This document shows, piece by piece, positions 1-13,754 of a DNA stretch of 64,000 nucleotides. Made by a program: the position numbers and the translations under genes. The notes below the pieces were generated by a model that saw only the letters and a list, made by a program, of their open reading frames with translations, had not been told where the DNA came from and did no database searches. Where the stretch lies: assembly GCA_951406725.2 (NCBI GenBank), contig OX597825.1, forward strand, positions 8,246,001 to 8,310,000. The letters run 5' to 3'. Source of the DNA: Octopus vulgaris. Taxonomy: Eukaryota. Within the stretch, counting starts at the first letter, position 1. Each line of letters begins with the position of its first letter.

Positions 1-689
1 ATGGCTCTAGAAGGAACAAACAGGTCAAACCATTGCATTTATTTCTTGATTCTTTCGTTGTTACGTAATCAATTATTTGATGAGAAACTAATGTACCTGA
101 TCTCTGCGTCGATTCGAACATATTCACTTGGATTTACTGTAACAGTTACGGCCTAATTGTATTACGTTCAAAGTACAACCATTTCCTTTATGTCAACAGA
201 ATACTGACATAGGCGATTACCAGTAAAGCAGCAACGGTTAGATTGTATCAATTAACGTCGAAAATCATTAACGACATGTTAGGAAAGTTTATATCATTGT
301 TGGAACTTATATAATTTTGTCTGCTTATCATCTGCGAATATAACAACTTGCTGAATTACCAACGATATTTACATACATAGGCACACACATATACAGACAC
401 TCAAACACGCGAACAAAAGCTGCATGATTGTTTGTTTGTGTGTGTGAGTGTGTGTGTGTGCGATGCATACATTATTATATGTATCAGTTTTGTATACATC
501 AATGTGTATACATATATACATACTTGAATATGCATAAACACCTGTATATTGGTATATATGTTAAATAAATATGTGTATCAATAATTACATATACATATAA
601 ATATAAAAATATATATATATATATATATGTATAAATATAAATAAATGAATATATGAATATATATATATATACATACAGACAGACATACA

Positions 690-740
<51 letters not shown>

Positions 741-890
741 GAAAATGGGACAAGAACGCAAAACATCCGGACAGCATGTCATACAAAAAGGGACAACAAA
801 ACATCCAGATAGGCGATACAAATAAAACAAGGACGGAGCATTCGAAGCCCTCTATCCTCAGTCAAGCACCAGATTACCCTCGCAGTTTCG
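741..890 (-). mobile_element. Probable Penelope-like pseudo-LTR 3' remnant embedded in (TA)n
   Basis: Non-microsatellite block between TA-rich tracts. The minus strand starts CGAAACTGCG (hammerhead-like GAAAC half only) and runs into a T/G-rich tail ending at (TA)n, the same layout as the other pLTR remnants here. Confidence 0.35.
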
Positions 891-1527
891 ATACTCGTAT
901 GTATACAGTCATACATATATACAAATATGTAAATATATACTCGTCTGCATAGAGACATACATATACATGCATATATATATATATATGTATATATGTTTGT
1001 ATACTTAGGGATATTTATGTATATGTATACAACTGGAGATATATGTATGGATGTTAATATGTGTTTTTGTGTGTGTGTGTATGTGCGTGTATGTGACTAA
1101 ATAAGGGCACACGATACCAACTGTAAAAAATGAATAACATGAGTTCAAATCAAAGGATTCACAAAGGTCATCGTTTTACAAGAACTCAACAACTCTTTTG
1201 ACAACTCCTAAAAATATTCAATTTCTTTATTCCTGATACACCTATCTCTTCTTACTTCCATTTTCAACTACTTTTTGTCTTCTTACCTTCAACTTCTTTT
1301 TTTTTTTCCTTTTTTCTTTATTTCTTCTTCCTTCTTTTTCACACATGCTCTTGTATTTACTTTTTCTATTCCTTTATGTTTTTTTTATATTACTTTTGTA
1401 TATCAGTTTTTATACTCGTTATTTTTTATTATTTTCTATCTTTTATCTTCTATTTTTATTTTTCATTTGTATACTTGTAAAAAAGAAGTATTTTGCTATA
1501 TAAACAACCTTCTAAACCACAGAATTT

Positions 1528-1575
1528 CAGTTTGAAAACAGCCATCGAAAAGCTCGAAACTCATTATAGTAACTG
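1528..1575 (+). ncRNA. Degenerate type I hammerhead-like motif, U3-A8 core variant
   Basis: Stem I CAGT(1528-31)/ACTG(1572-75); core TTGAAAA(1532-38); stem II AGC/GCT with a C:C mismatch at 10.1-11.1; GAAA(1556-59); stem III ACT/AGT; GUA triplet with the cleavage site after 1571. Confidence 0.5.
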
Positions 1576-3975
1576 TAAACATTATCATTAAAGTATAAAT
1601 TATCCCCTCAAAACCCATCTCTACTAAGTTTTCAAATGTATATATATATATATATATATATACACTCACTGAGACGTATATGTATATTGAAACTGTCAAA
1701 AAAATATTTGCTGTTATATTTAATACAACAAATAGAACAAATGATGATATGAAGATATTTTATAAGACTTTATTGATGCAATATTTATGTAATTGTACGG
1801 TTTCACTTTCTTGGAAAGATACTCAAGATTATGCAATCTATGATCGTATAATTTTTACATCTGACGGATTTTGGAAATGCTCTAATCCCATTATAGAAGT
1901 CGATGAAAACAAGAGAGATGATTATTTCTGTTATTGACGCTGACAGGAGATGTAATGTGAGGAGTGTCATATTTTTTTGTTAGTCATAATGGTAATAAAT
2001 GTAAATCTAATCCTTTTATCTTGTTTTAATAAAATGTAATTAATATTAAGTACCGTTCTTGTAATCAACGTTCAGTGTGTTCATTTGAACGTATTTAGTA
2101 TTTTGCAAACTATACATTTTATTTATCCGAAATATCTGCATCTACTCTACTCCATTTCATCATTATTCAATGATAAGTACTTACTGTTTGTCTGATATAA
2201 ATTTAACTGCACCCCGAATAATTTGCAACATGTATTACATTTATGGATGCCACTTACTTTTCATACATGAAATTTATTGAATGATTTCACTGAAATTATT
2301 TTCGTCTGGCAAAAAGTGGCTGTGACCAAAGGTAAGAACTGATGTCCTTCGCCAGTTTTATTTTAACGAAGAGTTGTTTTATGCCAGCAGTTCACCACTG
2401 CATTTAATTTAGATTTTAGGTTACAAGGCAGGTATTAGGTACTTCAACTAGATGATTTTTTCATCATGCAACCATTACAACACTGTCATTCTGATATTGG
2501 CCTCCACATGAGATAAATAAGTTGAATTGTAACAAGTGTAAAATTTTGAACAATAGAATTTATAAATGAACAGAACCGAAGGTCTGTTTCCGAAAATGTG
2601 ATTAATAATCTCAAATATAATCTCACAAATATCGAAAGAGAGATTTATGTAAATATTTTGAGTGAATGACTGTTTACGAGTATGTAAACAAAAAGAATAA
2701 TTTTTAGGCCATTAGTTTACGTATGTTTTTCCTCACTTTATTAGGATTTTGCTTTCCTTTTAACACGTTTTGTTATGCGATGTATTTTGACTATAAATAT
2801 TCCAAATCCTTGTTTTGCAATATCCCTTAGAGAGTAGCAATTCCTTACAAATTATGACACACTAATAAGGCTCGAAAAATAGGTGCCGTTAATTTCAATT
2901 TACCGATATCGGGCATACTCGTAATTGCATGATCATATTTCAGTTAAATTAGTTTCTGCAGAGATCTTCGTTTTGTTTGCGTATTACATGTATTTCATCG
3001 AATTAAATGGATATCTTGATATAAAGAAACCAACCTTTAGAAAGTTGGCTAACTGTAACAAATTGGAATAATAAACGCCTTCAATTAAAACTTTATTTGG
3101 CGAAAAAGCTCCCCGGCGAAAGATACGAAAAGCATCTCTAATTAATTAGCGTTGCAAAAATAATAGATACGAAGATACCAAAAAAAAAAAAAAAAAAAAA
3201 GAAAGTGTTGCGAGAAACTACAACGGATATTAGTAAATTCTAGTAAATTCTTTTTTAACGTCAGTTTATTTGATGTCTACAATAATAGCCGATTCCATAG
3301 ACCTGCCATCCACAACACATTTGAATCTGCAAAGCAAACAAGACAGTAGCAGAACACAAATAGGAAAAGGAAGAAATTAATTATGACTCATTTATCTGTC
3401 TAGACCCTGGTTTTATAGTTATCACTTGTTATAAACTAGACTGACCAATGCCAATTGATACGGAACAGACTAACTTTTAAAATTAACATTGATTGAACGT
3501 ATTTTCCATAAAAGACAGGCTCAATTGACTTCCTTTCTCAGACATTTCAGTAAATCTAATTTCTGAATTCCTTCAATTACCATGCACGCACACTGACCAA
3601 CGTGCAAACACAGGAAATCACAAAGCCACATAAGCATTTAATAACTCCATCTTTCTGCTCTCCCCACTCGCTCTCTCTTTATCTACACACTCTCACTTTC
3701 TCTCCCTCGCCCCCTTTCTCTTTTTCTCTCTCAGTATATATACATACACACACACACACACACAAATATATATATATATATACATATATACACATATATA
3801 TGTATGTATATATATATTATATATATATATGCGGGTATATATAGGCGTATGTACATGTATTCATATATAGATATATATACGTACACACACAGATATATAC
3901 ATATATACACACATATATATGTCTGTATATATATATATTTATATATATATATTTATTTATTTATATATATATGTG

Positions 3976-4025
<50 letters not shown>

Positions 4026-4041
4026 GGCGTGTGTACATGTA

Positions 4042-4079
<38 letters not shown>

Positions 4080-5024
4080 TACACACAGACACACACATAC
4101 AAACCGTCCTATGGTGCAACAGCGCCACGGTATTTAGCTATGTATGTATGAGATTCGATTGAAACCATTGAGTAAATTATAGTGTATCTTTGCAATATTT
4201 ACATGACTATTTTTTCTAGTAAGTAACCATACTTATCGTATTTTTCTGTGACAACTGAGGCCTACCCCGATAGCATAAATGTAGCACACACGTTTCTATA
4301 GTATCTACTAAATAACATATTTCTCCATCTTTTCAAAAGAGATTATCAAGAAATAATTTCTATCAAGGCGTCTCCAGTCTACTGCTTCCGATCATATAAC
4401 AACTTTAAGTAGTCCAAGCGCTGATATCATTGACAATTGCAACAGTAATTTCTTTCAGAGCTTCTAATGTTAAAATGGTAGATATACTTATATATTTATT
4501 TTCTATAGGCGTTAGCTCACTTATTTTATAGTTATGGACATCCGGCAATATTGCTTAAACAGACTACAATCAGATAAATAATGATGTATATGATATATAT
4601 ATATTTTGTCTGTGTGGCTAAGACTATGTGCTTCCTTTCAACCTTATGCTAATAAACACATACGTATATATCTACATACAGATCCCCATTCGTATACATA
4701 CACGCAGATACACACACACACACGTCTAGATATATATGTAAATATATGTATATACATGTAGATTATATAGACACTACAGAGAATCATTGATCGGCTTGCA
4801 CAGAATGTCTACACTAGATTCACATATATCTATGATTGTGTATAAACATGGTAACAACGCGAAGTTGTCTGGCGTCCGTTGCATACATGTTAGTTTTACA
4901 TATATTCAAACACACACGCGAAAGCACAGAAACAGACACACAGAGAGACACACACAAACATACAAATATATGCAAGCATACACACACAAAAGCACACACA
5001 CATACACACATACACACACACACA

Positions 5025-5217
5025 AATTCCCTTCCGAGCCCAAGGGTACTAAGACCGATTTCCCGGAATATGTGGCTTATATATTCTCCCCAACCAGAAG
5101 CTGGACGTGATTCCGGTCCATCGCAGAATTATTAATTTTTCTAGCTGACGCAACGATTCGAAATCATAATCATACGGTCATGAGTACGTTTTCCCTAACC
5201 ACTAGGCCACGAGCCTC
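5025..5217 (-). mobile_element. Degenerate, internally deleted tRNA-derived SINE
   Basis: Minus strand begins GAGGCTCGTGGCCTAGTGGTTAGG (A-box-like), has a B-box-like ATTTCGAATC, and ends ...GGGAAATCGGTCTTAGTACCCTTGGGCTCGGAAGGG. Confidence 0.6.
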
Positions 5218-5514
5218 TGCATATACAAACATGCACATCCATATGTTCTGATGGAACTTTATAAACTACTCGTGGGAATGATGTTATAGTAACTTCGGGT
5301 GACTGGCCAAAATAGAATCAGGAATTGTATTTCTGTTATATAATATGTTTACTGGAATATTTGTTTCAATATTTCTCTCTTCGTAGGGTCTCTCCTCATT
5401 GAAATTTCTATAATTTCTTTCTAAATATTTTGTTTTATAAGGTACTCATCACATAAGATTCTCAGTATCATAGTGGCCTCTGGTAATAGGAACTGTATGT
5501 TGTTGATGACTTAC

Positions 5515-5615
5515 TCTTGCCAGGAAGTGCTGAGTTGTCATTACCATTCTTCTTCGTTTCTTCATTGCCCATCGTGTATTCGCCGCCACTCACGTTTTTG
5601 CGTGTACATGTATTT
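5515..5615 (-). CDS. Candidate isolated internal coding exon, product unknown
   Basis: Minus strand tttcag|101 bp|gtaagt. Only one frame is open (NTCTRKNVSGGEYTMGNEETKKNGNDNSALPGK) and GC is above the flanks. No homology recognised. Confidence 0.3.
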
Positions 5616-7400
5616 CTGAAATTCTCTATCAAGTTTAAATACTATGTTAAAAATAGAAACACAGATCTCAGATTGCAATGCGTAGAATATATTTGTAGTT
5701 CTTTGTGGTCGTTACTTGTGGTGTTTGCTACGATCAATATTGAAATTTATCTAATCGAAGGCGATCATTTATAATTTTGAATATTCTGTTTGAGTGGACG
5801 CTTAACCTTATAGTTGCTACTTTCTTCCGATGCATTTTTGCAATTTCTAAAATGCGTGAGTAAAGCCTATCGGAAAGCTAGAAAAATCCAAGTTTATGAG
5901 GTATGTCTACGGAAGCTCGAAGGATACCCCTGTAAGAAATTGGAATTCACTTAGAACCAATCCCTAGGATAATCTAATTTAGTTTTTTCGTCCACGACAG
6001 TACCATTATTTCGTTTGCTAAAATTGCCAGAAGAAATACGATAGCAGATGCTGGAAGCACGAATTACAGCCGAGGATTCCAAAATGCCTTCTGCTTGATT
6101 CGATTCATTGCGATGAAATAATGGAAATCAGAAAATATATCATATGGAACCGTAGTTTATATTGAGAGTTCTATTGATATTCACCCCAAAGCCGCAAAAG
6201 CTGAAGATATCTTTACTGATGGGGAAAGAAATTCTTTTGAAAACATTAAAATAGTACTCGAGAAAGATACAGTAGTAATTGTCTACATTTCTGCAATAGT
6301 AGTAGAATATGGTATTGAAATGTCTACACGTGACCAATCCATCGGGTTCGCACTCATTAAAAGGAATGGACAAACAATAAAAGGAATGGACATTGCTTTG
6401 AACTAACTGCACAAAGCGATCATGCGGACGAAATTGCGTTGTTACGGTATTGAGTTAAAAGGGGGAATCTAACGTGTCTAAGAGTAGATATTACATTTGC
6501 TCACATTACAGCTGTCCACACTTTAGCACTTTAGCAGATACAATTATCAAAGTAGAACATAAGTCGAAAGAAGTGAAACATTTTCAGCATGTCATGACCT
6601 AGATAACGACTTCAGAAAAAGAAGATTAATGACAGCGCAGCTCAACGTACAGCATTGTCTAACATACAGCAACAATACTGTTTTCTCCATTGTTTAGAGA
6701 TTGTTGATGCTAGATACTACGGCATACACACAAAAAGAAAACGCTTCAAAATATCAGTTGGACATTGCATAAACTAGATTATTACCAGCAACACTATGAG
6801 TACAAACAATTGTAATATAACATAAATGCCAAAACAGCAGGAATGGCAAGCAACTTGTGGAAACGAAGATTAGCTTTTATGGAGTTTATGAGATAGTTGT
6901 TGCTAGGGTAACTTGCAGTAAGAGATGAGGAAGGTTGCACTGTTTTAACTACATCAATGCACACGTAATTGACACTGTCATCAATTTGAATTAAAAATCT
7001 GGCCAGATGGAGGTCGGTTTTGGGAATATTCATGTTCATTTATAAAAAGGAAAAAATACACACGCAAATACACTTACACGGACATATGCAGACAAGCATA
7101 AGCATGAATTTATATTTGCATATATTTGTGAACACCTGTACGTAAGCATACATATATAAATGCATTAACCTATCTACATATATTAATATATGATATATAG
7201 TGTTTGTTTGTGTATGCATGTATATCTGTGCAGAAATGAACGCCTGAATAAAAACGTATCTGGTGTCCATGGATATTACAGATTGGATTCTAATCATCCC
7301 ATGTATGCTCACATGTATATCATGCGATAAGAGGAAACACGCGTAGCGATGCATTTGGATATTCCAAAATTTTATCCATGGGTCATTATTGTTATTAATG

Positions 7401-7466
<66 letters not shown>

Positions 7467-7489
7467 AATGTATGTATACGGCAGATAAA

Positions 7490-8290
7490 ATACTCCGAGA
7501 TCCATGGACGAGTTCTGTCCAGCGGTCGCTGTCCTTTACGATCGCTGCCATGTCCTGTGCTCCCAGATACAGGAAGTCCTCAACCAAATCTAGTGGCTTC
7601 CTGTCTACATTCATAATTTGTTTTGGCTTCTTAACGTTCTCTACCAGACGTTTCATCTTAATTTCATTCATTTTCAACCTCACACTCATCGACACAGTCT
7701 GCCTCCCGCACTTTGTTTGTCACCAGAACTACGTCGTCAGCAGCTTCAGCATCTAATATCCTTTTAGACTTGATCCTCCTCCTCTGAGCTGGCGCTACAA
7801 GAAAGCCAGAGTCCTAGTGTTCCACCAACGCAAGAGGCATACAATACTCCACCACGATGATAAAAAAAAGGTAGGGAACCAAAGTATCTCCAGGATAATG
7901 AATGACCTCTGGTGTTGTGTCGAACAGTGATATCAGGTCCACTATCTTCTTGGGTAATCCATAAGACTTTAAGATCTTCATCAAACAGTGACGGTTTATA
8001 GGATCAAATGCCTTCCCAAAGTCAATGAAAACCACTAAAATATCATTCTTAGCATTAGGAGGTGACTGCTGGTTGATCCTCCTTCTCTGAAGCCGTTGTA
8101 CCTGAGGTTTTGTCCCAGAAACTGGTTGTCCCTGAGGTTTTCCATTTCCGGCTGAATCCTGCTAAGGGTCATGCTGCTGAGGGTTTTTCCATGAGTGACA
8201 TCAGTGGGATCCCTCTATAGTTGTTGGTGTTAGAGAGATCTCCCTTCTTTGGCGCTGGAACGATGCTACTGATGCTCCACTGATTCAGAG
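7490..8290 (-). mobile_element. RTE-type LINE reverse transcriptase fragment (decayed, internally deleted)
   Basis: Minus-strand motifs IVPAPKKGDLSNTNNYRGIPLM, VFIDFGKAFDPINR..L..ILKSYG.P, GDTLVPYLF and LDLVEDFLYLG are typical non-LTR RT motifs; frameshifts are present. Confidence 0.88.
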
Positions 8291-8911
8291 CAACTCCTCG
8301 ATTTTTATATTAAATGCTTTTTCTTCCGAATCGATAATTAACAACGAATTGTAGACTTTCGGCATTTAGTCACAACGCGGGACATTGTGGCTCCTGATTT
8401 CAGATAAACTATATCTTTGGATAATGCGATGGACATAACTTATTTCACACCTGCGAAGATTTAAGATGAAGGTTAGTATTCCTTTGTACAAATTATGGTT
8501 TTATTTCCGCTGCTATGTTATTTTGAATAAGATGTAAAGATAATTGCTTTGTCAAAATTTATTTTCGTTAAGAAATTTAAAGAATAAATTTACAAAGAAT
8601 TATGGGGAGACTAAATTAATTTTATTCAACGTTACTCTAGCTGCATGAAATTTTCAATCTCCAAATTTTAATAAGATTTATTTCGAGCTTATGAAAATAA
8701 TAAAAATATTAAGACAAACATCTGCAAGATTTGGGGGGAAATAGTAAGCTATTAGATGAAGTCAACATTTGAAATTACATTTGATAATGATGGGGAAATA
8801 CCTATAATTAAAAGGTGCGAAGAACTAATGTTATTTTTAGAATAATATGAAAATGTGTAGGAGTTAAGATATTTAACTGCACTGTGTGTGTTTCTAAGGA
8901 AAACATTGGTC

Positions 8912-9075
8912 TCAGATTTTGGCACAAGGCCAGCAATTTCGCGGAAGGGATTGTGTCCACTACGTCGAATCCAGTGCTCAGCTGGTATTTATTTTAAAGA
9001 CCCTGAAATGACGGGGGGATTTGAACTCTGAACGAAAACCTGCTAAGCATTTTGCCCGCCGTACTAATGATTCGC
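8912..9075 (-). mobile_element. Degenerate SINE, group B
   Basis: Reverse complement resembles the group B body and tail (GAGTTCAAATCC...AATAAATACCAGCTGAGCACTGG...GCTGGCCTTGTGCCAAAAT). Confidence 0.6.
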
Positions 9076-9643
9076 GGTCTTTGTTCGTTTTGCTCGATAT
9101 TATCGAAATAAATAAATAAGTAAATAAATAAATAAGTAAAATGGAAATCATTGTCAAATTCTTCTAGAGAATGACCCAGTGTGATTATTGCTTGTTTTCA
9201 TTATGTCCTGGAAATGAACCCGCAGCTTTAACAATATATATTGAAGCCACATTTTGTAAATGCATCATCTGTTATGTGAACAACTCTCTCGTGTTAAAAC
9301 ATTGAATTTCAGACTTGTTTAGTTTGTATATATCATGACAAACTTTTACGAACCTCTTTTGCGTTCTTTCCTGTCATATAAAACACTCAAGATGTCACAC
9401 GTTGGTAATTTGAATATAAAAAACAGATTCAGAAAAGAGAAAAAAAAAAAAATATATATATATATATAGAATGATTTCATTTGCGTGAAACACGGAAAAA
9501 AATTTCTGAAGAAACTACATTGAAAATAAAACAGTTGCCAGTGGATAATAATATTGGTTATATCTATAGAACGTGCAAGAGTGACGGTTTTCAAAATATG
9601 ATTGAGCGTCGGACAAACAATTTGCATTATTTCTTCCGGGATA

Positions 9644-9920
9644 AGGCGAGAGAGTGGCAGAATCTTCCTCACGCTGAGCAAAACACTTAGCGTCTGTCTT
9701 TAGATTCTGGGTTCAAATTCTCCTGAGGCGGATTTTTTGCCTTCTCATCCAACCGAGGTCGATTCAATAAGTACCAGTTATACACTGGAGTCGATGTCAT
9801 CGACAAAATCTCCCCCCCCCCATATTTTTGTGCCTATAATAGAAACAATTATTTCTTTTGTTATAAGGCTGCGAGCTGGCAGAATAGTTAGCATGCCAAA
9901 CAAAAAATTAACAGAAATCT
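9644..9920 (+). mobile_element. Group B SINE (9644-9850) plus a second head fragment (about 9866-9920)
   Basis: GGCGAGAGAGTGGCAGAATC...GGGTTCAAATTC...GCCTTCTCATCC...GGTCGA..AATAAGTACCAG; second head GGCTGCGAGCTGGCAGAATAGTTAGC. Confidence 0.65.
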
Positions 9921-10192
9921 AACCGATATTATAGCTGCAATGAACAGGATTTGGACAAAGGCTATAAGGAAGGAGATTATGGTATTAAGTGTTGACTACA
10001 TGTCCGTATGAATTGAAGAGACAATAAATGGTAACGCAGAATGGTTCATGGAATAGGATTGTCAACAAACACATACACGAAAAATTCCCATTTGTCAGGG
10101 ACGTGTTTCCGTAGTCTACCACTATCTTACGAACCATACATAATTACATACATACAAACATACATACATATATCACTATACACATGTGTATG

Positions 10193-10228
<36 letters not shown>

Positions 10229-10298
10229 ATGTATTATATAATATATACATATACATGTGAACATATATACATATTTATATGAGTGTTTGTGTGTGTGC

Positions 10299-10331
<33 letters not shown>

Positions 10332-10336
10332 TAGAT

Positions 10337-10368
<32 letters not shown>

Positions 10369-10399
10369 AGATAAACACGGACACGTGCACACGCACATA

Positions 10400-10433
<34 letters not shown>

Positions 10434-10570
10434 TACGGTTGATGGCAATAAGCCAAGATATGATATTTATAATCGTGCAATTTTCCTATACGATACGAAT
10501 AACTGCATATATAATGATTGAAGTAAATAATCATCATTGGTTGACGTATAAATGGTGTGTTTTATCTGAA

Positions 10571-10856
10571 ATTAATGATTGTATGCGATAATGCCACTGT
10601 CTCATGAATATACAGTTTCTCAGTTTCTCCAACATCAACTGAAGAATTCAGTATAGAATCATTTGGTATCAACTAAAATACAGAATAAAAATTAACCGTA
10701 AAATCGGGACAAATGAAACGTTATCCAAAGTTATCCAGAAACTATAATGAACCAAACGAACATAAACCCACGCGTACACACAGACGTGCCCACACATACA
10801 TGGAAATAGAGGTATGTAATTAGATTTGTATGATTATAAAGATTCATAGAAAATGA
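10571..10856 (+). repeat. 286-bp direct repeat, copy 1
   Basis: Colinear with 13469-13754, no indels, about 11 substitutions by hand count. Confidence 0.92.
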
Positions 10857-11534
10857 AGATGTTTCTTATCATGATTATTCCTTAATTAACTCATTAAGAT
10901 GTTTCTGTGCTAGCCATTAATATCTAGATATAAACTATTACCCGTTTACAATAAAATATATAATATTATAAATCATTATTCCTATTACATTTTAACATAT
11001 TACCATTTTCTCGCTAATCAAATTCACTCAGAAATGTCCATCTTTCTTTCTCTGACAAGCAATTATCATTTTCCATTCTCTCTTTCTCTCTTAACACATA
11101 CGCACACAACACTACATACGTACATACATGCGTGCATATGCAGATACACTCTCACACACACATACACACAAATACACACACACACACAAATGCACACGCA
11201 CACATATATATAGATGTACATATATATGCACACACATAAATGATGCATTTATTCAAAATGGTGCAACGATATTGTTTAATCCTAGAAAAGGTGTAGCTAT
11301 ACTATAAATACAGAATCGCTCTAGATGCAAGGCGTATGTGCGTCGGTTGTCAATAGACTGTAGTCTAAATAATTATATCGGCCCCACAAAAGGCTCCTTC
11401 TGTTTTTCACCATCGGAACATTGCGGTATGTATAACGAGGGAAATATATATACACAGACTTCCTGTTTCACTCAATTTCTCTTTACTAATTGATTACTAA
11501 GAATTACATAATACCAGTGTGTGGTTAATGTGAG

Positions 11535-11610
11535 TGTATGTATCTGTCTATTTATCTATGTATCTATCTATCTGTCTATTTATCTATCTATCTATCTATC
11601 TATCTATCTG

Positions 11611-11650
<40 letters not shown>

Positions 11651-11746
11651 ACTTTTTTTTTTTTTTTTCTTAAACCTTCAAAAGAAAAGCTCTACCTTGT
11701 AAATTGTTCTATCTGTGTGCAGCCCTGTGTGGCTAATAAAGAAACA

Positions 11747-11810
<64 letters not shown>

Positions 11811-11832
11811 CATCTATCTATCTATCTGTCTG

Positions 11833-11873
<41 letters not shown>

Positions 11874-12059
11874 ATATCTATCTATCTATCTATCTATCTA
11901 TTAATCTATCTACCTATTTACCTATCTATCTATATATCTACCTATCTACATATCTATCTATCTATCTCTATTTATCTGTCTATCTATCTGTCTATCTCTC
12001 AACCTATCTATCTATTCCTCTACCTATCTATCAACTTACCAACCTATCAAACTACATAC

Positions 12060-12114
<55 letters not shown>

Positions 12115-12223
12115 CCGACATATCTATGTATCACTTTTTATCTATCTGTCTATCTATCTCTCAACGTATCTATCTATCTATACAGTTATCTCTCTCACGC
12201 TCACTCTCTCTGTCTCTCTCTCT

Positions 12224-12272
<49 letters not shown>

Positions 12273-12285
12273 GAGAGAGAGAGAG
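11535..12285. repeat. Long (TATC)n/(CT)n/(TA)n compound microsatellite with a short inserted fragment at about 11665-11745
   Basis: Seen directly; it explains the 283-aa and 199-aa IYLS-repeat ORFs. Confidence 0.95.
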
Positions 12286-13435
12286 AGCGGAGAGGCAGAG
12301 TGAAAGAGAGATAAATATTTTATGCTTAAAAGCCTTCAAAAGCACATATATGCTAAATACTCTATCCATCGATGTGCTACACTAATTTATGACTATTTCA
12401 TGCCGAACTTGAATGCACTCTCTTAGTGATTAAGGATGGAAATTTGCCCTGCACAACACATATACAGACGTATATAAATAAATCTCTATTTAGCTATCTA
12501 GTTATGTGTCTGCGCGCGCGTGTGCCTGTGTACGTACGTGCGCGTGTGTGTATGTGCATATAACGCACATATAGGTGAAAAATGCCATTTACTGCCACTT
12601 TTATTGAAGTTACTAAGCGAAGCAAGTCACATATCTTAAAAGTCCAAGCAACGTAAGTATTACGAATAATCTTTTGCGGGTGGTTTGCTTGAAATTAGTG
12701 AACTTCATGCTGCGTTCGTCATGCTAACAAATGGCGCAGTTTCTTTGATCTCAGAGTATTATCTATATTTTGAAAGATCTATATTCATATGTTTGAGCAT
12801 AAACCGGTTAGAATATGCCATGCAGTTATCTCTTTACACGTCCAATATAGTATATAGATATGTTTATAGCCACACACACACACACACCAATATATATATA
12901 TATACACATATACATACATATACGTATGCATATGTGAGTGTGTGAATTTGTTCTTTCAGCAGTTTCGGTTCCTACAAAACGGTTATGTTATTGCACCGCG
13001 TTAAAGCGTTTAGTTAATCAAAACAACTTAGTGCATATTCGAAGACCAGGAATTATTTTATTGATCTTAGTTTTGTCATTGAGTGCCATTCCGAAGCAGA
13101 GAGAGACAAACAGAAACAAACATACATACATACATACATACATACATACATACATACATACATACATGATGGCTGTTCCCTCGTTATCAAGTATGGCCAT
13201 TGCACGAAGCTTAACTGTTATTGATGCTGTGATCGAATGTGACTTTTTAGCCCTGCAAAAGATCTACAATGTCTTGTACAGAATTGGCAACTAAAACCTT
13301 TACCGGTAATAGCCGGCTGTAGTTGTAACTGGGCTTCATGTACCTTTGCATGTCATACATACATACGTACATACATACATACATACATACATACATACAT
13401 ACATACATACATACATACATACATACATACATACA

Positions 13436-13468
<33 letters not shown>

Positions 13469-13470
<2 letters not shown>

Positions 13471-13754
13471 TAATGATTGTATGCGATACTTTCACTGTCT
13501 CACGAATATACAGTTTCTCAGTTTCTCCAATATCAACTGAAGAATTCAGGATAGAATCATTTGGTATCAACTAAAATATAGAATAAAAATTAACTGTGAA
13601 ATCGGGACAAATGAAACATTATCCAAAGTTATCCAGAAACTATAATGAACCAAACGAACATAAACCCACGCGTACACACAGACGTGCCCACACATACATG
13701 GAAATAGAGGTATGTAATTAGATTTGTATGACTATAAAGATTCATAGAAAATGA
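13469..13754 (+). repeat. 286-bp direct repeat, copy 2
   Basis: Matches 10571-10856 at an offset of 2898 bp; begins right after a (CATA)n tract. Confidence 0.92.

Noticed and set aside
841-890. Minus-strand CTGAGGA and CGAAAC as a permuted hammerhead
   Set aside because: No consistent stems I-III can be drawn; probably a truncated pLTR.
1680-1937. 85-aa non-repetitive ORF
   Set aside because: It starts in microsatellite and has no recognisable domain or convincing splice context.
6480-7040. Possible piggyBac-like transposase C-terminal remnant (LDIA, RRLAFME)
   Set aside because: Motifs are too short and interrupted; no TTAA/TIR pair found.
10571-13754. LTR retrotransposon or TRIM bounded by the 286-bp repeats
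   Set aside because: No TG...CA termini, PBS, PPT or TSD; the interior is ordinary microsatellite-rich DNA.
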